Shown: positions 8,491-16,629, numbered from the stretch's first letter. The stretch is DNA of 20,000 bases from an uncultured virus (IMG/VR IMGVR_UViG_3300032401_000004) (IMGVR_UViG_3300032401_000004), one strand, 5' to 3'. The notes: generated by a model from the letters alone, not told the origin. Numbers and translations: made by a program.

Positions 8491-8979
8491 ATGGGTAAGT
8501 ATGACAAGATCGTAGACGCGAAGGTCACCAAGACAGGGCAGTACTTCAAGCCGGGGAAGTACCATGTGAGGCTTGTGGCAGTGAAAGACGTGGAGTCTCA
8601 ACTCAACAAGAGTTTCACCATCATCGAGTGCGTGGTGTTGTCGAGCAACAACCCCGAAGTCCCGGTGGGTGCGGATCGCTCGCAGGTGATCGACATGGGG
8701 AACATCATGGGCTTCCCCAACCTCAAGGCCTTCATGGCGGCCGTGAGCGGTGTGGATCCTACGTTGGACTCCGTCAACGACGACATCGAGAAGTACTGGC
8801 AGACTCAGCACCCGCAGCGTGCGTTCACGTCGTTCCCGCAGATCGTCGAGAACTTCGTGGTGCGCGACAACTTGCTCCAAGACGTCGAGATGGACTTGGA
8901 GTGTATCGAGATCACGACCAAGGCAGGCGAGCCGTTCACCAAGCACGTCTGGGGCATCCGCGACGTCAACGCGAGCTAG
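8491..8979 (+). CDS. Putative phage single-stranded DNA-binding protein (DUF669-like)
   Basis: Strong CAGGAG RBS; FKPGKYHVRLVAVK pattern; located in the exonuclease-helicase-polymerase module. The function is an inference. Confidence 0.55.
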   Translation: MGKYDKIVDAKVTKTGQYFKPGKYHVRLVAVKDVESQLNKSFTIIECVVLSSNNPEVPVGADRSQVIDMGNIMGFPNLKAFMAAVSGVDPTLDSVNDDIEKYWQTQHPQRAFTSFPQIVENFVVRDNLLQDVEMDLECIEITTKAGEPFTKHVWGIRDVNAS

Positions 8980-8981
8980 TT

Positions 8982-9056
8982 CCACATCGGCCGACCATCA
9001 GCCCCTACAGCTGCGGCGATGAGAACCGTGTGGCTCCCGAGCGGAACAATCGGGGG
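8982..9056 (+). other. Tandem hairpins upstream of the HNH gene
   Basis: Stems 8982-8990/9026-9033 and 8996-9003/9015-9021 with loop CCTACAGCTGC; second hairpin 9034-9040/9050-9056. Confidence 0.5.
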
Positions 9057-9075
9057 CAATCCTAAAGGTCTGAGC

Positions 9076-9462
9076 ATGCCCAGCAACAACGGCGGTGATT
9101 GGATTCGGATAGCCAAGCGCATGGCGATCTACGTGCGCGACGGCTTCGACTGCATCTGGTGTCGCCTTGTGTTCCCCACGGACGAGCTGGGCTACAAGCT
9201 GACGCTCGACCACATCCACTTCGAGGGCGGGAACGAGCCCCACAACCTCGTCACCTGTTGCATCCGTTGCAACAGCTCTAGGCAGCGCACACCGCTGCCG
9301 CAGTGGCTGGACATACTCGAAGAGAGGTATGGAGAGGCACAAGAGAAGATTGCGCACCGCGTGCTCGTTGCCCTTGGCACGCAGATTGATATGCACGAAG
9401 GCCGAAGACTCGCGCAGGAGCGCAGACCTCGGCTGAAGCCTGAACCTATTGCTGCGGAGTGA
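9076..9462 (+). CDS. HNH endonuclease (McrA-like, two CxxC), 128 aa
   Basis: RxAIYVRDGFDCIWC, LTLDHI, GGN..HNLVTCCIRCN. The AAAGG RBS favours ATG 9076 over 9019. Confidence 0.9.
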   Translation: MPSNNGGDWIRIAKRMAIYVRDGFDCIWCRLVFPTDELGYKLTLDHIHFEGGNEPHNLVTCCIRCNSSRQRTPLPQWLDILEERYGEAQEKIAHRVLVALGTQIDMHEGRRLAQERRPRLKPEPIAAE

Positions 9463-10157
9463 ACGTGGAAGCAACCAACCTGGCTGTGAAACAACGCGAG
9501 CCATCTCAGGTCGCCAAGGCGCTGCAAGAGCGGCTGCTGGAGATCTTGAGCAAACCTATCAACGTCGGCTCGCTCGTCGAGTTGCAGAAGACCGCCATAC
9601 TCGCGCGCAGACTCTTGGAGCTGGAGCAGCCAAAAGAGAAGCTGCTCAAGCGTCTCAACGTGGGCGGCTTCTCGGGGTTGAACCCTGGCTACATCGCGGG
9701 CATGAACTTCGACTCCGAGCTAGACAACCAGGACTTTGATGGCAACAGCAGCGGCGCAATGAGTGAGGTCATGTCGCCTTCGCCAGGCTCCGAGACCTTC
9801 GGTGCTGCTGTCATCCGCGAGCTGATCCCGGCGCTCAAAGCGCAAGCTGCAGGTCAGGGACGTGGGCGCATTCATCTATCCGACTTGATGGAAGCCGTCA
9901 CCATGGCGCGCAACAATGGCAACACCGCGCTCGTGGCGAAGATCGAAGCCAAGATCGACAAGATGCTTTCTGAAGAGCTGGAGGATGACGAGTTCGCCGC
10001 CGTTCCGCCGCAAGCGCACTACGTCAAGATTCCGAAGCTCTGTGATCACGAAGGCTGTGAGAACTTGGCGGCCGTCAGTGGCAGCGGGATCCCGCTGACC
10101 ATCTGCATGGCGCACTACGACGCCATGGCGGTAGGCCCCGAAGGAGCAAACGTATGA
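9459..10157 (+). CDS. Hypothetical protein with a C-terminal CCCH-type motif
   Basis: 232 aa ORF coupled at both ends; CDHEGC...CMAH. The start is uncertain. Confidence 0.7.
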   Translation: MNVEATNLAVKQREPSQVAKALQERLLEILSKPINVGSLVELQKTAILARRLLELEQPKEKLLKRLNVGGFSGLNPGYIAGMNFDSELDNQDFDGNSSGAMSEVMSPSPGSETFGAAVIRELIPALKAQAAGQGRGRIHLSDLMEAVTMARNNGNTALVAKIEAKIDKMLSEELEDDEFAAVPPQAHYVKIPKLCDHEGCENLAAVSGSGIPLTICMAHYDAMAVGPEGANV

Positions 10158-11014
10158 AGTGGTACATCCCTAGCTGGAACGGTGACCTGCGTCTGGTCCC
10201 CGACGACACCGACAAGGAGAAGACGCTCCTGCACATCGAGAAGCCTACCGAGCGCGAGAAAGAGACGCTCGCGCGCATGGGCAACGTGTTTATAGAGCAA
10301 GGCTGGCTTAAAGAGCTGACGCTCTCGAAGAAGCTGTTCCGTGGCATCAAGCCCGTCGTCATCAACGCGCCGCTGGAGAAGGTCGGACCCGTGGTCTCGG
10401 CGCTCATGCGTCCTGGCCCGGCCGTACTCACCGGCATCTTGCTCAAGGACGGCGAGATGATCACGCACAGCGGCTCGGCCGTCGAGCTATCGCAGACCAT
10501 CGAGCGCGTGCAGGCCGAGGTCATCACGCAACCTGAGAAGAAACCCAAAGCGGCCGTCACGGTAAAGCGGCACACGCCGTGTTGCCCTCAGTGCATACCC
10601 GGCAGCATCGAGCCAGCCCGCGAAGTGCTCTTGACGTTCTTGAACGAGGAGGAGCACGAGAGCTGGGCCAAGGACCGCACGATTGTCGTGACCGGAGGCA
10701 TGTCGGGCCACAAGTTTCTGCTCGCGCATCGCCACACCGAGATCGCGAGGCGCGTGGGCCGCATCTGCTACGACCTCGACAGCGACTGCGTCATCCACTT
10801 CCACGACTGGACGGTGCCGCCGGAAGAAGAAGTGCTCGCTGCCAAGCTCATCTTGGAACATCGCGAGCCTTGGCTGAACAACGAGGCCACGCACTTCGGC
10901 GGCGGGCAGAGGTACAAGAATCCGTTCGGGGGCGTGGGAGATGGCATCGCGGATGCGGCGTTCACGCAGGGCATGGGGGAGTTCTTCAACATCATGGCGC
11001 AGGGGTTAAAGTAG
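10154..11014 (+). CDS. Hypothetical two-domain protein, 286 aa
   Basis: AAGGAG RBS and ATGA overlap; central CCPQC; C-terminal domain with several His/Asp/Cys residues. Confidence 0.8.
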   Translation: MKWYIPSWNGDLRLVPDDTDKEKTLLHIEKPTEREKETLARMGNVFIEQGWLKELTLSKKLFRGIKPVVINAPLEKVGPVVSALMRPGPAVLTGILLKDGEMITHSGSAVELSQTIERVQAEVITQPEKKPKAAVTVKRHTPCCPQCIPGSIEPAREVLLTFLNEEEHESWAKDRTIVVTGGMSGHKFLLAHRHTEIARRVGRICYDLDSDCVIHFHDWTVPPEEEVLAAKLILEHREPWLNNEATHFGGGQRYKNPFGGVGDGIADAAFTQGMGEFFNIMAQGLK

Positions 11015-11018
11015 GTCG

Positions 11019-11273
11019 ATGCGCAAACGCAAGCAGACACTCGTTGAACTGGATGCCGAGCTTCTAGCTATCGGCATAAACTGCGCCAACAACATCGAGT
11101 TTTATGGGTTGAAGCTTGGGCAGATCGTCCACGTTCGCAGCAAAGGCTACACAGGCCCAGCGAAGCTCACAGGTACACCGCCGCAAGGCGCAGGCATCTA
11201 CGCCGTGACTCCGCAAGGTAACAAGCTTTGGATTGACGGTGAAGACATCTCGGAGGCAACAGAACCATCATGA
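11019..11273 (+). CDS. Hypothetical protein, 84 aa (SH3/KOW-like pattern)
   Basis: Fills the gap in the cluster; LKLGQIVHVR..G motif. Confidence 0.6.
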   Translation: MRKRKQTLVELDAELLAIGINCANNIEFYGLKLGQIVHVRSKGYTGPAKLTGTPPQGAGIYAVTPQGNKLWIDGEDISEATEPS

Positions 11274-11608
11274 AGGTCATCTATATCGCCGGGCCCTTCA
11301 GAGGTCCGCATGCCTGGGCCATCGAGAACAACATCCGTCGCGCCGAAGAGGCTGGCTTCGAAGTGGCCAAGCTCGGCGCGATGCCGCTCATACCCCATAC
11401 CAATACGCGCTACTTCCACGGCGCGCTGCCAGATCAGTTCTGGCTCGATGGCACGCTCGCGCTCATGTACAAGTGCGACGCCGCGTATTTCATCGCAGGC
11501 TGGGAGAAATCCAGCGGCGCTCATGAAGAGCACGCGCAGTGCATCGCGCGTGGCATCCCGGTCTTCTACGATCTGATCAACCTCGAAGAGTGGTTGAAAA
11601 CTCAATGA
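11270..11608 (+). CDS. DUF4406 / nucleoside 2-deoxyribosyltransferase-like protein
   Basis: IYIAGPFRG, KCDAAYFIAGWEKSSGAHEE, GIPVFY. Confidence 0.85.
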   Translation: MKVIYIAGPFRGPHAWAIENNIRRAEEAGFEVAKLGAMPLIPHTNTRYFHGALPDQFWLDGTLALMYKCDAAYFIAGWEKSSGAHEEHAQCIARGIPVFYDLINLEEWLKTQ

Positions 11609-13833
11609 GTTCAGCTGTCGGCTTCGACTGCGAGACGTGGCTCATCCGGCCAGGGCAACTTGCCCCGCCGATGGTGTGCCTATCTCTCGCATGTCGAGAC
11701 GGCGTCTGGCTCTACCACGTCAACGAACACCTCTCGCCTGCGCCCGTGCCGCTGTATGCCAGCACGAGCGCCAAACCGCCCGCGCTCACCGCCAAAGAAG
11801 CTTTTCGCTGGCTGCTCAAGCAGGAGACCGCCTACGGCCTGAACGTCGCCTACGACGTGGCAGTGTGCTTGGCTGAGTGGCCGGATCTCTTCGAAGAGGT
11901 CTTCGAGGCGTATGAAGACGGCCGCATCATAGAAGTCGAGCTGTGTCAGAAGCTCATCGACAACGCCAACGGCAAGCTCAAGACGATGCAGGTGCTCTAT
12001 GGCTACTCGCTGGCGGGCCTTGAGAGACGCTTGCTGCGCCGGGACCGCAGCGCGCAGAAAGAAGGCGAGAAGATCTGGCGCTTGCGTTACCGCGAGCTGT
12101 ACGACGTGCCGCTGCTCCGGTGGCCGAGTGAGGCTGTGGAGTACGCCATCGAAGACGCCATCGGCGCTCGCGACATTGGAGACTTCCAGTGGAACTCCGA
12201 CGAGCGCAGGTACATGAAGGACGCGCCTGCGCAGACGCGCTCAGCGTTAACGCTGCAGCTGATGATGTGCTGGGGCGCGATGACGTCCTCGGAGAAGATC
12301 GAGAAGCTCTACGAGCACGCCAAGTTGAAGTACTGGGAGCTGTCGGACCAACTGGCAGATCCGGATGTGGCGCTCGTGCGCGGCTTCGACGAGATCAAGC
12401 GCAACATGCGCTGGAAGAAAGACACGCATGCTGCCAAGCTGCGCATGCTCACGGTGTGCCGTGAGAACAAGCTGTCCATCAAGTTGACCGACACAGGCTA
12501 CAAGAAGTACCTGAAGATTCTGCAAGAGCAAGGTGTCGAGGACGAGCGCGACATCACGCCCGAGGCCGTCTTCTCCGAAGAGGATCTGCTCAAGTACACG
12601 TCCATCGACGAAGATGCGTGTAGTCAGACGGGCGACGAAACGCTCATGGCGTTTACGCTGCGATCACAGCTGCACACCGTGCTCAACACGCACGTCGAAG
12701 ACTTGCGCAAGGGCACCACCACGCCGATCCAGCCGCGCTACACCACGATGGTGGACTCAGGCCGCACGGCCTGCAGCAAGAGCCGCTCGGACGACGGCAA
12801 GCGCGTCAAGAGCCCCACCAACGGCTTTCAGTTTCAGAACCCCAAAAGAGCCTATATGTGGATCCCGCCCGGCGAGAAGAAGCCGGTGCCGCTGTTCCCG
12901 CCAGGCATCGGTATCCGGGAGTGCTTCATCTCACGTGAGGGCAGGCTCTACGGAGACAACGACTTCTCGGGCTTAGAGCTGTGCACGGGCGCGCAGGCGT
13001 GCATTGATCTCGTGGGCTACTCGCTGCTCGGGGATTCGCTCAACTCTGGCAAAGACCCGCACTTGGACTTCGGCGCGACGCTCATGGGCATCTCATACGC
13101 CGATGCGCTGGCGCGCAAGCACGACAAGGACGTGAAGCACCACCGCCAGATCAGTAAGGTGGCAAACTTCGGGCTGCCGGGCGGCCTCGGCGTGAGGGGT
13201 TTGATAGGGTACGCGCACGGCTACGGCATCAGGCTCGACGAAGAGGGTGCCAAGAAGCTGAAGAAAGACTGGTTCGACAAATACCCGGAGTGGCGCGACT
13301 ACTTCTACTGGGTGCGCAAGCAACTGGAGCTAGATCTCGAAGAGATCAACAGTGACAACGAGCACAACTTCAAGGTCAACATGCGCGGGCAGTTTGAGCA
13401 ACTGCGCGTAGGTCGTTTTCGAGGCCGTTGCAAGTTCACAGCCGCGTGCAACACTTTCTTCCAAGGTTTAGGCGCGGATGTAGCTAAGCGCGCCCTGTGG
13501 GGTGTCACCAAGCGCTGCTACATGCGCGTGCCGGGCTCCGTTCTCTACGGCGCACGCCCTGTCGGCTTCATTCACGACGAGATCTTGGCCGAGCTGTTCG
13601 CTGAGATAGCCCACGAGCAGGCCTTCGAGATGGCCAAGGTCATGTGCGACGAGGGCAACACGCTCTTGCCTGACGTGCCGGTGAAGTGCGTGCCCGCGCT
13701 GTCGAAGTACTGGTGCAAAGAAGCCGAGGCGGTGTTCGACAAGAACGGCCGCTTGCAGCCTTGGGATCTGGCGCGCGAAGGCCGCTGGGATGTGTACTTT
13801 GATCAACACGCGGAGGTGAAGGTTAAATGGTAG
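11605..13833 (+). CDS. polA: Phage family A DNA polymerase with 3'-5' exonuclease, 742 aa
   Basis: ExoI FDCET, ExoII NVAYD, ExoIII YAIED; SGR; motif A DFSGLEL; motif B RQISKVANFG; motif C IHDEI. ATG 11605 overlaps the upstream stop. Confidence 0.95.
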   Translation: MSSAVGFDCETWLIRPGQLAPPMVCLSLACRDGVWLYHVNEHLSPAPVPLYASTSAKPPALTAKEAFRWLLKQETAYGLNVAYDVAVCLAEWPDLFEEVFEAYEDGRIIEVELCQKLIDNANGKLKTMQVLYGYSLAGLERRLLRRDRSAQKEGEKIWRLRYRELYDVPLLRWPSEAVEYAIEDAIGARDIGDFQWNSDERRYMKDAPAQTRSALTLQLMMCWGAMTSSEKIEKLYEHAKLKYWELSDQLADPDVALVRGFDEIKRNMRWKKDTHAAKLRMLTVCRENKLSIKLTDTGYKKYLKILQEQGVEDERDITPEAVFSEEDLLKYTSIDEDACSQTGDETLMAFTLRSQLHTVLNTHVEDLRKGTTTPIQPRYTTMVDSGRTACSKSRSDDGKRVKSPTNGFQFQNPKRAYMWIPPGEKKPVPLFPPGIGIRECFISREGRLYGDNDFSGLELCTGAQACIDLVGYSLLGDSLNSGKDPHLDFGATLMGISYADALARKHDKDVKHHRQISKVANFGLPGGLGVRGLIGYAHGYGIRLDEEGAKKLKKDWFDKYPEWRDYFYWVRKQLELDLEEINSDNEHNFKVNMRGQFEQLRVGRFRGRCKFTAACNTFFQGLGADVAKRALWGVTKRCYMRVPGSVLYGARPVGFIHDEILAELFAEIAHEQAFEMAKVMCDEGNTLLPDVPVKCVPALSKYWCKEAEAVFDKNGRLQPWDLAREGRWDVYFDQHAEVKVKW

Positions 13834-14282
13834 TCACAAACAAACAGGTCTACGAAGCGGCGCTGTCGTTGATCGACTCCGAGATGCAGAAGCTCAAGCA
13901 GGCCACAGGTGCTGGTGCTGAGTTTCAAGCCGTCACCTACAAAGAGAACTGCAGTCGCTTGGAGCTTCTGGAAACCGTGAAGGGCTCGCTCGAATGGTGG
14001 AAGGACATGCCGCCCACGATCATGCTGCATAAGGACAACGGCTGGAGCTTTTTGGGCTGGACCGTCGGAGAGCCCATCCTCGAACAGCTTCAAGGTGATC
14101 GCGTTCGCATGGTGCTCGACGTCACGGGCGGCGCGGCCAGTGAGCTGCGCTCGAAGTTCCAGCTGGCGCTCGTGCCCGCTGCGCTCGATGCCACCGAGGC
14201 CATCGTGCGCGCCACGCATGCGCTCGCGGGTGCGGCCATCGAGATGACGCACGTTCTCAAGAAGATGACGGAGAAGTCGTGA
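13827..14282 (+). CDS. Hypothetical protein, 151 aa
   Basis: RBS GGAGGTGAAGG; overlaps both neighbours. Confidence 0.7.
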   Translation: MVVTNKQVYEAALSLIDSEMQKLKQATGAGAEFQAVTYKENCSRLELLETVKGSLEWWKDMPPTIMLHKDNGWSFLGWTVGEPILEQLQGDRVRMVLDVTGGAASELRSKFQLALVPAALDATEAIVRATHALAGAAIEMTHVLKKMTEKS

Positions 14283-14713
14283 TGTCTATCTTCGAAACTC
14301 TAGAAGACTCGGGGGTGCTCGCGAAGCTGGACCTCACCGCGCCAGCCGCGCCTGACATCCTTCTCATCTGCACGGAGCTGGCCGAGTTTCTCATCGCCAA
14401 AAACGCGGCCTATGGTGACAGCGCGCTCAAGCCGATGCGCGTCATGTCGAAGGCTGATCCGGCCGAGCAGATCCGCGTGCGCATGGACGACAAACTCTCG
14501 CGGCTGGTGAAAGGCCAAGCAGCAGGCGAAGATCCCATCAAGGATCTCGTGGGCTACTGGGTGCTCTTGCAGGTGCTGGAGCGCCGAGAGACAGCGCTGC
14601 AGGAGCAACCGCTCGGACCTTACGTTCCGTATCTGCACGACGAGCTGTGTTCACGTTGCAAGAAGTACGCGCACCAACACCCTAACGCAGTCCATGACGT
14701 GTTCCAAAGATGA
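14279..14713 (+). CDS. DUF1599 / Nmad1 (MazG-like) nucleotide-modification-associated protein
   Basis: KNAAYGDS, RVRMDDKLSRL, EDPIKDLVGYWVL. Confidence 0.8.
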   Translation: MMSIFETLEDSGVLAKLDLTAPAAPDILLICTELAEFLIAKNAAYGDSALKPMRVMSKADPAEQIRVRMDDKLSRLVKGQAAGEDPIKDLVGYWVLLQVLERRETALQEQPLGPYVPYLHDELCSRCKKYAHQHPNAVHDVFQR

Positions 14714-14723
14714 AAGCCGGATA

Positions 14724-15584
14724 ATGACCACCGCCATCCTATTCAACCTTAAGAAGCGAACCACCGACAAGACGTGCTGCGAGGCCAACCGCTGCATGGA
14801 GCGAATGCACGACACCGTGCTCGGCGACCTGTGGGCGCGCGAAGAGGTCGCCCTCTGCGCCAAGCATATCGCGCAAGCCGCAACCTTCGCCGATCAAAAC
14901 CCAGACTACTCGCCGGTCGTTGGGACGCCCGCATTGATGGCCCTCATGAAGGCTCCGGTGGATGGCGTGCTCTTACCTCCGACGTGGGGGGAGCGCGTCA
15001 CGGCCATCATCGCGCAAGTTGTGGGGGATCAAGCGGTTGCCGAGCTGATGCTCAAAGAGGCCGAGAGGCTGAGCATCGAGAGCCACGCCGACATGGAGAA
15101 GGCCGCAGACCTTGTGCGCGACGTCAAGACGATGCGCGACGACATCGAGACCTGGGAGAAAGAAGTCACGCGCCCCGTCAACGCTGTCGCCAAGCGCATC
15201 CGGGAGCTATTAGCCCCCGCCAAGCTGCTCTGGACGTATGCCGAAACAGAGCTGCGCGGCAAGCTCGCCAAAGCTGCTTTGCTGGAACACGACCGCAACC
15301 AGCAGCTCATGCAGGAGGCAGCACGCACGCACGCCGAGGGCGGGGACGTTACGCCCGTGATGGGGCAGCTGACCACTTCCACAGACCTGGACGGCGTGAG
15401 CATCAAGATCGTCTGGAAGGCCACCATCCAGGACGTCACCCTGATGCCCGACGAGTACGTGATCCGTCTGCCTGACAACAAGAAACTCAAGGAGTACGCC
15501 GCAAGCTTCGAGGGCGCAGAACCAACAGCAGTACCCGGCGTGATCTTTGAGCGTGACGCCACAACCCGTGTGAGAGGAAACTAG
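14724..15584 (+). CDS. Coiled-coil phage protein (Gp157/Gam-like) with an N-terminal Cys/His motif
   Basis: Long amphipathic helices, then WKATIQDVTLMPDEY..D..K and VPGV. Alternative start at 14694. The family assignment is tentative. Confidence 0.55.
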   Translation: MTTAILFNLKKRTTDKTCCEANRCMERMHDTVLGDLWAREEVALCAKHIAQAATFADQNPDYSPVVGTPALMALMKAPVDGVLLPPTWGERVTAIIAQVVGDQAVAELMLKEAERLSIESHADMEKAADLVRDVKTMRDDIETWEKEVTRPVNAVAKRIRELLAPAKLLWTYAETELRGKLAKAALLEHDRNQQLMQEAARTHAEGGDVTPVMGQLTTSTDLDGVSIKIVWKATIQDVTLMPDEYVIRLPDNKKLKEYAASFEGAEPTAVPGVIFERDATTRVRGN

Positions 15585-15586
15585 AG

Positions 15587-16405
15587 ATGCAACAACTCAG
15601 ACCCCAAACACCGACGCTGCGCGGACGCGACGTCGAGCGCTGGCAGACGTTCCTCATCGGCCGAGGTTACGCGCTCCAGGCCACCGCCGTTTACGACGCA
15701 GCCACCATCACCGCGACCAAGAAGTACCAACGTGGCAACACCTTGATAGCCGACGGCGTCGTCGGCAACAGCACGCTGAACGCGGCGACATCCGAAGGCT
15801 TCGCGCTCTTCGCCGTCGAGGAGGACAGCAAAAACAAGTATAGTCAGTACTGGCCGCCGCGCCCGACCAACCTTGCGGTGCTCACGGACGCACAGCGCAA
15901 GAAGATGTTCGGTGAGTTCAAGTACACGGCCAAGCCCACGAAGAGTAACCCCGAGGCCATCGTCATCGATCCGAAGTGGGTGGAGGACAACATCGTCGTC
16001 GTGAGTGCTGCCGAGTTCGAGCCCAACACACACGCGCACTTGGGCGAGATCTGCATCCACAAGCTCGCTGCGGACCCGCTGCGGGCGCTCTTTGCTGCGT
16101 GGCAGAAGCAGGGCCTGCTCGGGTACATCGTGTCCTGGGACGGCAGCTTCGTGCCTCGGTTCAAGCGCGGGCGCGCCGCGCAGCAGGATCTCTCGAACCA
16201 CAGCTGGGGCACGGCTTTCGACATCAATGCGAACGAAAACCCCCTGGGTGCCATCCCGGCCCTGTACGGGAGCGACGGCTGCGTGCGGGAGATGGTGCAG
16301 GCCGCGAACAAGCTAGGGTTCTACTGGGGCGGGCATTACAGCGGCCGTCTAGATGGCATGCACTTCGAGCTGGTCAGGCCGCTTATGGCCCATCCTCTGA
16401 CTTGA
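15587..16405 (+). CDS. Endolysin: peptidoglycan-binding domain plus M15 Zn peptidase
   Basis: DVERWQTFL..YQ..L.ADGVVG..T (PG_binding_1); SNHSWGTAFDIN (SxHxxGxAxD); WGG..DGMHFE. Confidence 0.9.
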   Translation: MQQLRPQTPTLRGRDVERWQTFLIGRGYALQATAVYDAATITATKKYQRGNTLIADGVVGNSTLNAATSEGFALFAVEEDSKNKYSQYWPPRPTNLAVLTDAQRKKMFGEFKYTAKPTKSNPEAIVIDPKWVEDNIVVVSAAEFEPNTHAHLGEICIHKLAADPLRALFAAWQKQGLLGYIVSWDGSFVPRFKRGRAAQQDLSNHSWGTAFDINANENPLGAIPALYGSDGCVREMVQAANKLGFYWGGHYSGRLDGMHFELVRPLMAHPLT

Positions 16406-16434
16406 GCGAGTGTGCTACCTTGGGGACGGCCCGC

Positions 16435-16629
16435 ATGAGCACCAAAACAGACGTCAAGAGGATCCTTAAGCGCTTGCAGGTCAAGGGCTTCAAGGTCAAG
16501 CGCACGAAGTCTTCGCACGTCTGCGTGACGACCCCGCAGGGCCCGGTCTTCTGTTCATCAACCCCTTCTGACCATCGAGCGATTCAGAACATCCTGTCGA
16601 TGCTCAAGCGAAAAGGCGTGGACCTATGA
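16435..16629 (+). CDS. HicA-like toxin/RNase, 64 aa
   Basis: Basic protein, GFKVKRTKSSH..V..STPSD.R..N. The start is reassigned from the long ORF 15976-16629. An extended -10 TGcTACCTT lies at 16413-16421. Confidence 0.7.
   Translation: MSTKTDVKRILKRLQVKGFKVKRTKSSHVCVTTPQGPVFCSSTPSDHRAIQNILSMLKRKGVDL

Noticed and set aside
8982..9070. Self-cleaving ribozyme, tRNA or SRP RNA identity for the intergenic structures
   Set aside because: I could not find a hammerhead core (CUGANGA/GAAA), HDV or twister topology, T-loop/cloverleaf or SRP motif by eye. An Rfam search is still warranted.
9076..9462. IscB/Cas9/TasH-type RNA-guided nuclease
   Set aside because: Only 128 aa, with no RuvC, PLMP or Nop domain and no repeat array.
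11539..11604. Extended PolA N-terminus given in the ORF track
   Set aside because: It overlaps the DUF4406-like gene. ATG 11605 is coupled to that gene's stop and immediately precedes ExoI.
15976..16434. 217 aa ORF overlapping the endolysin (possible embedded spanin)
   Set aside because: No lipobox or TM segment; only the last 64 codons look like a real (HicA-like) protein.
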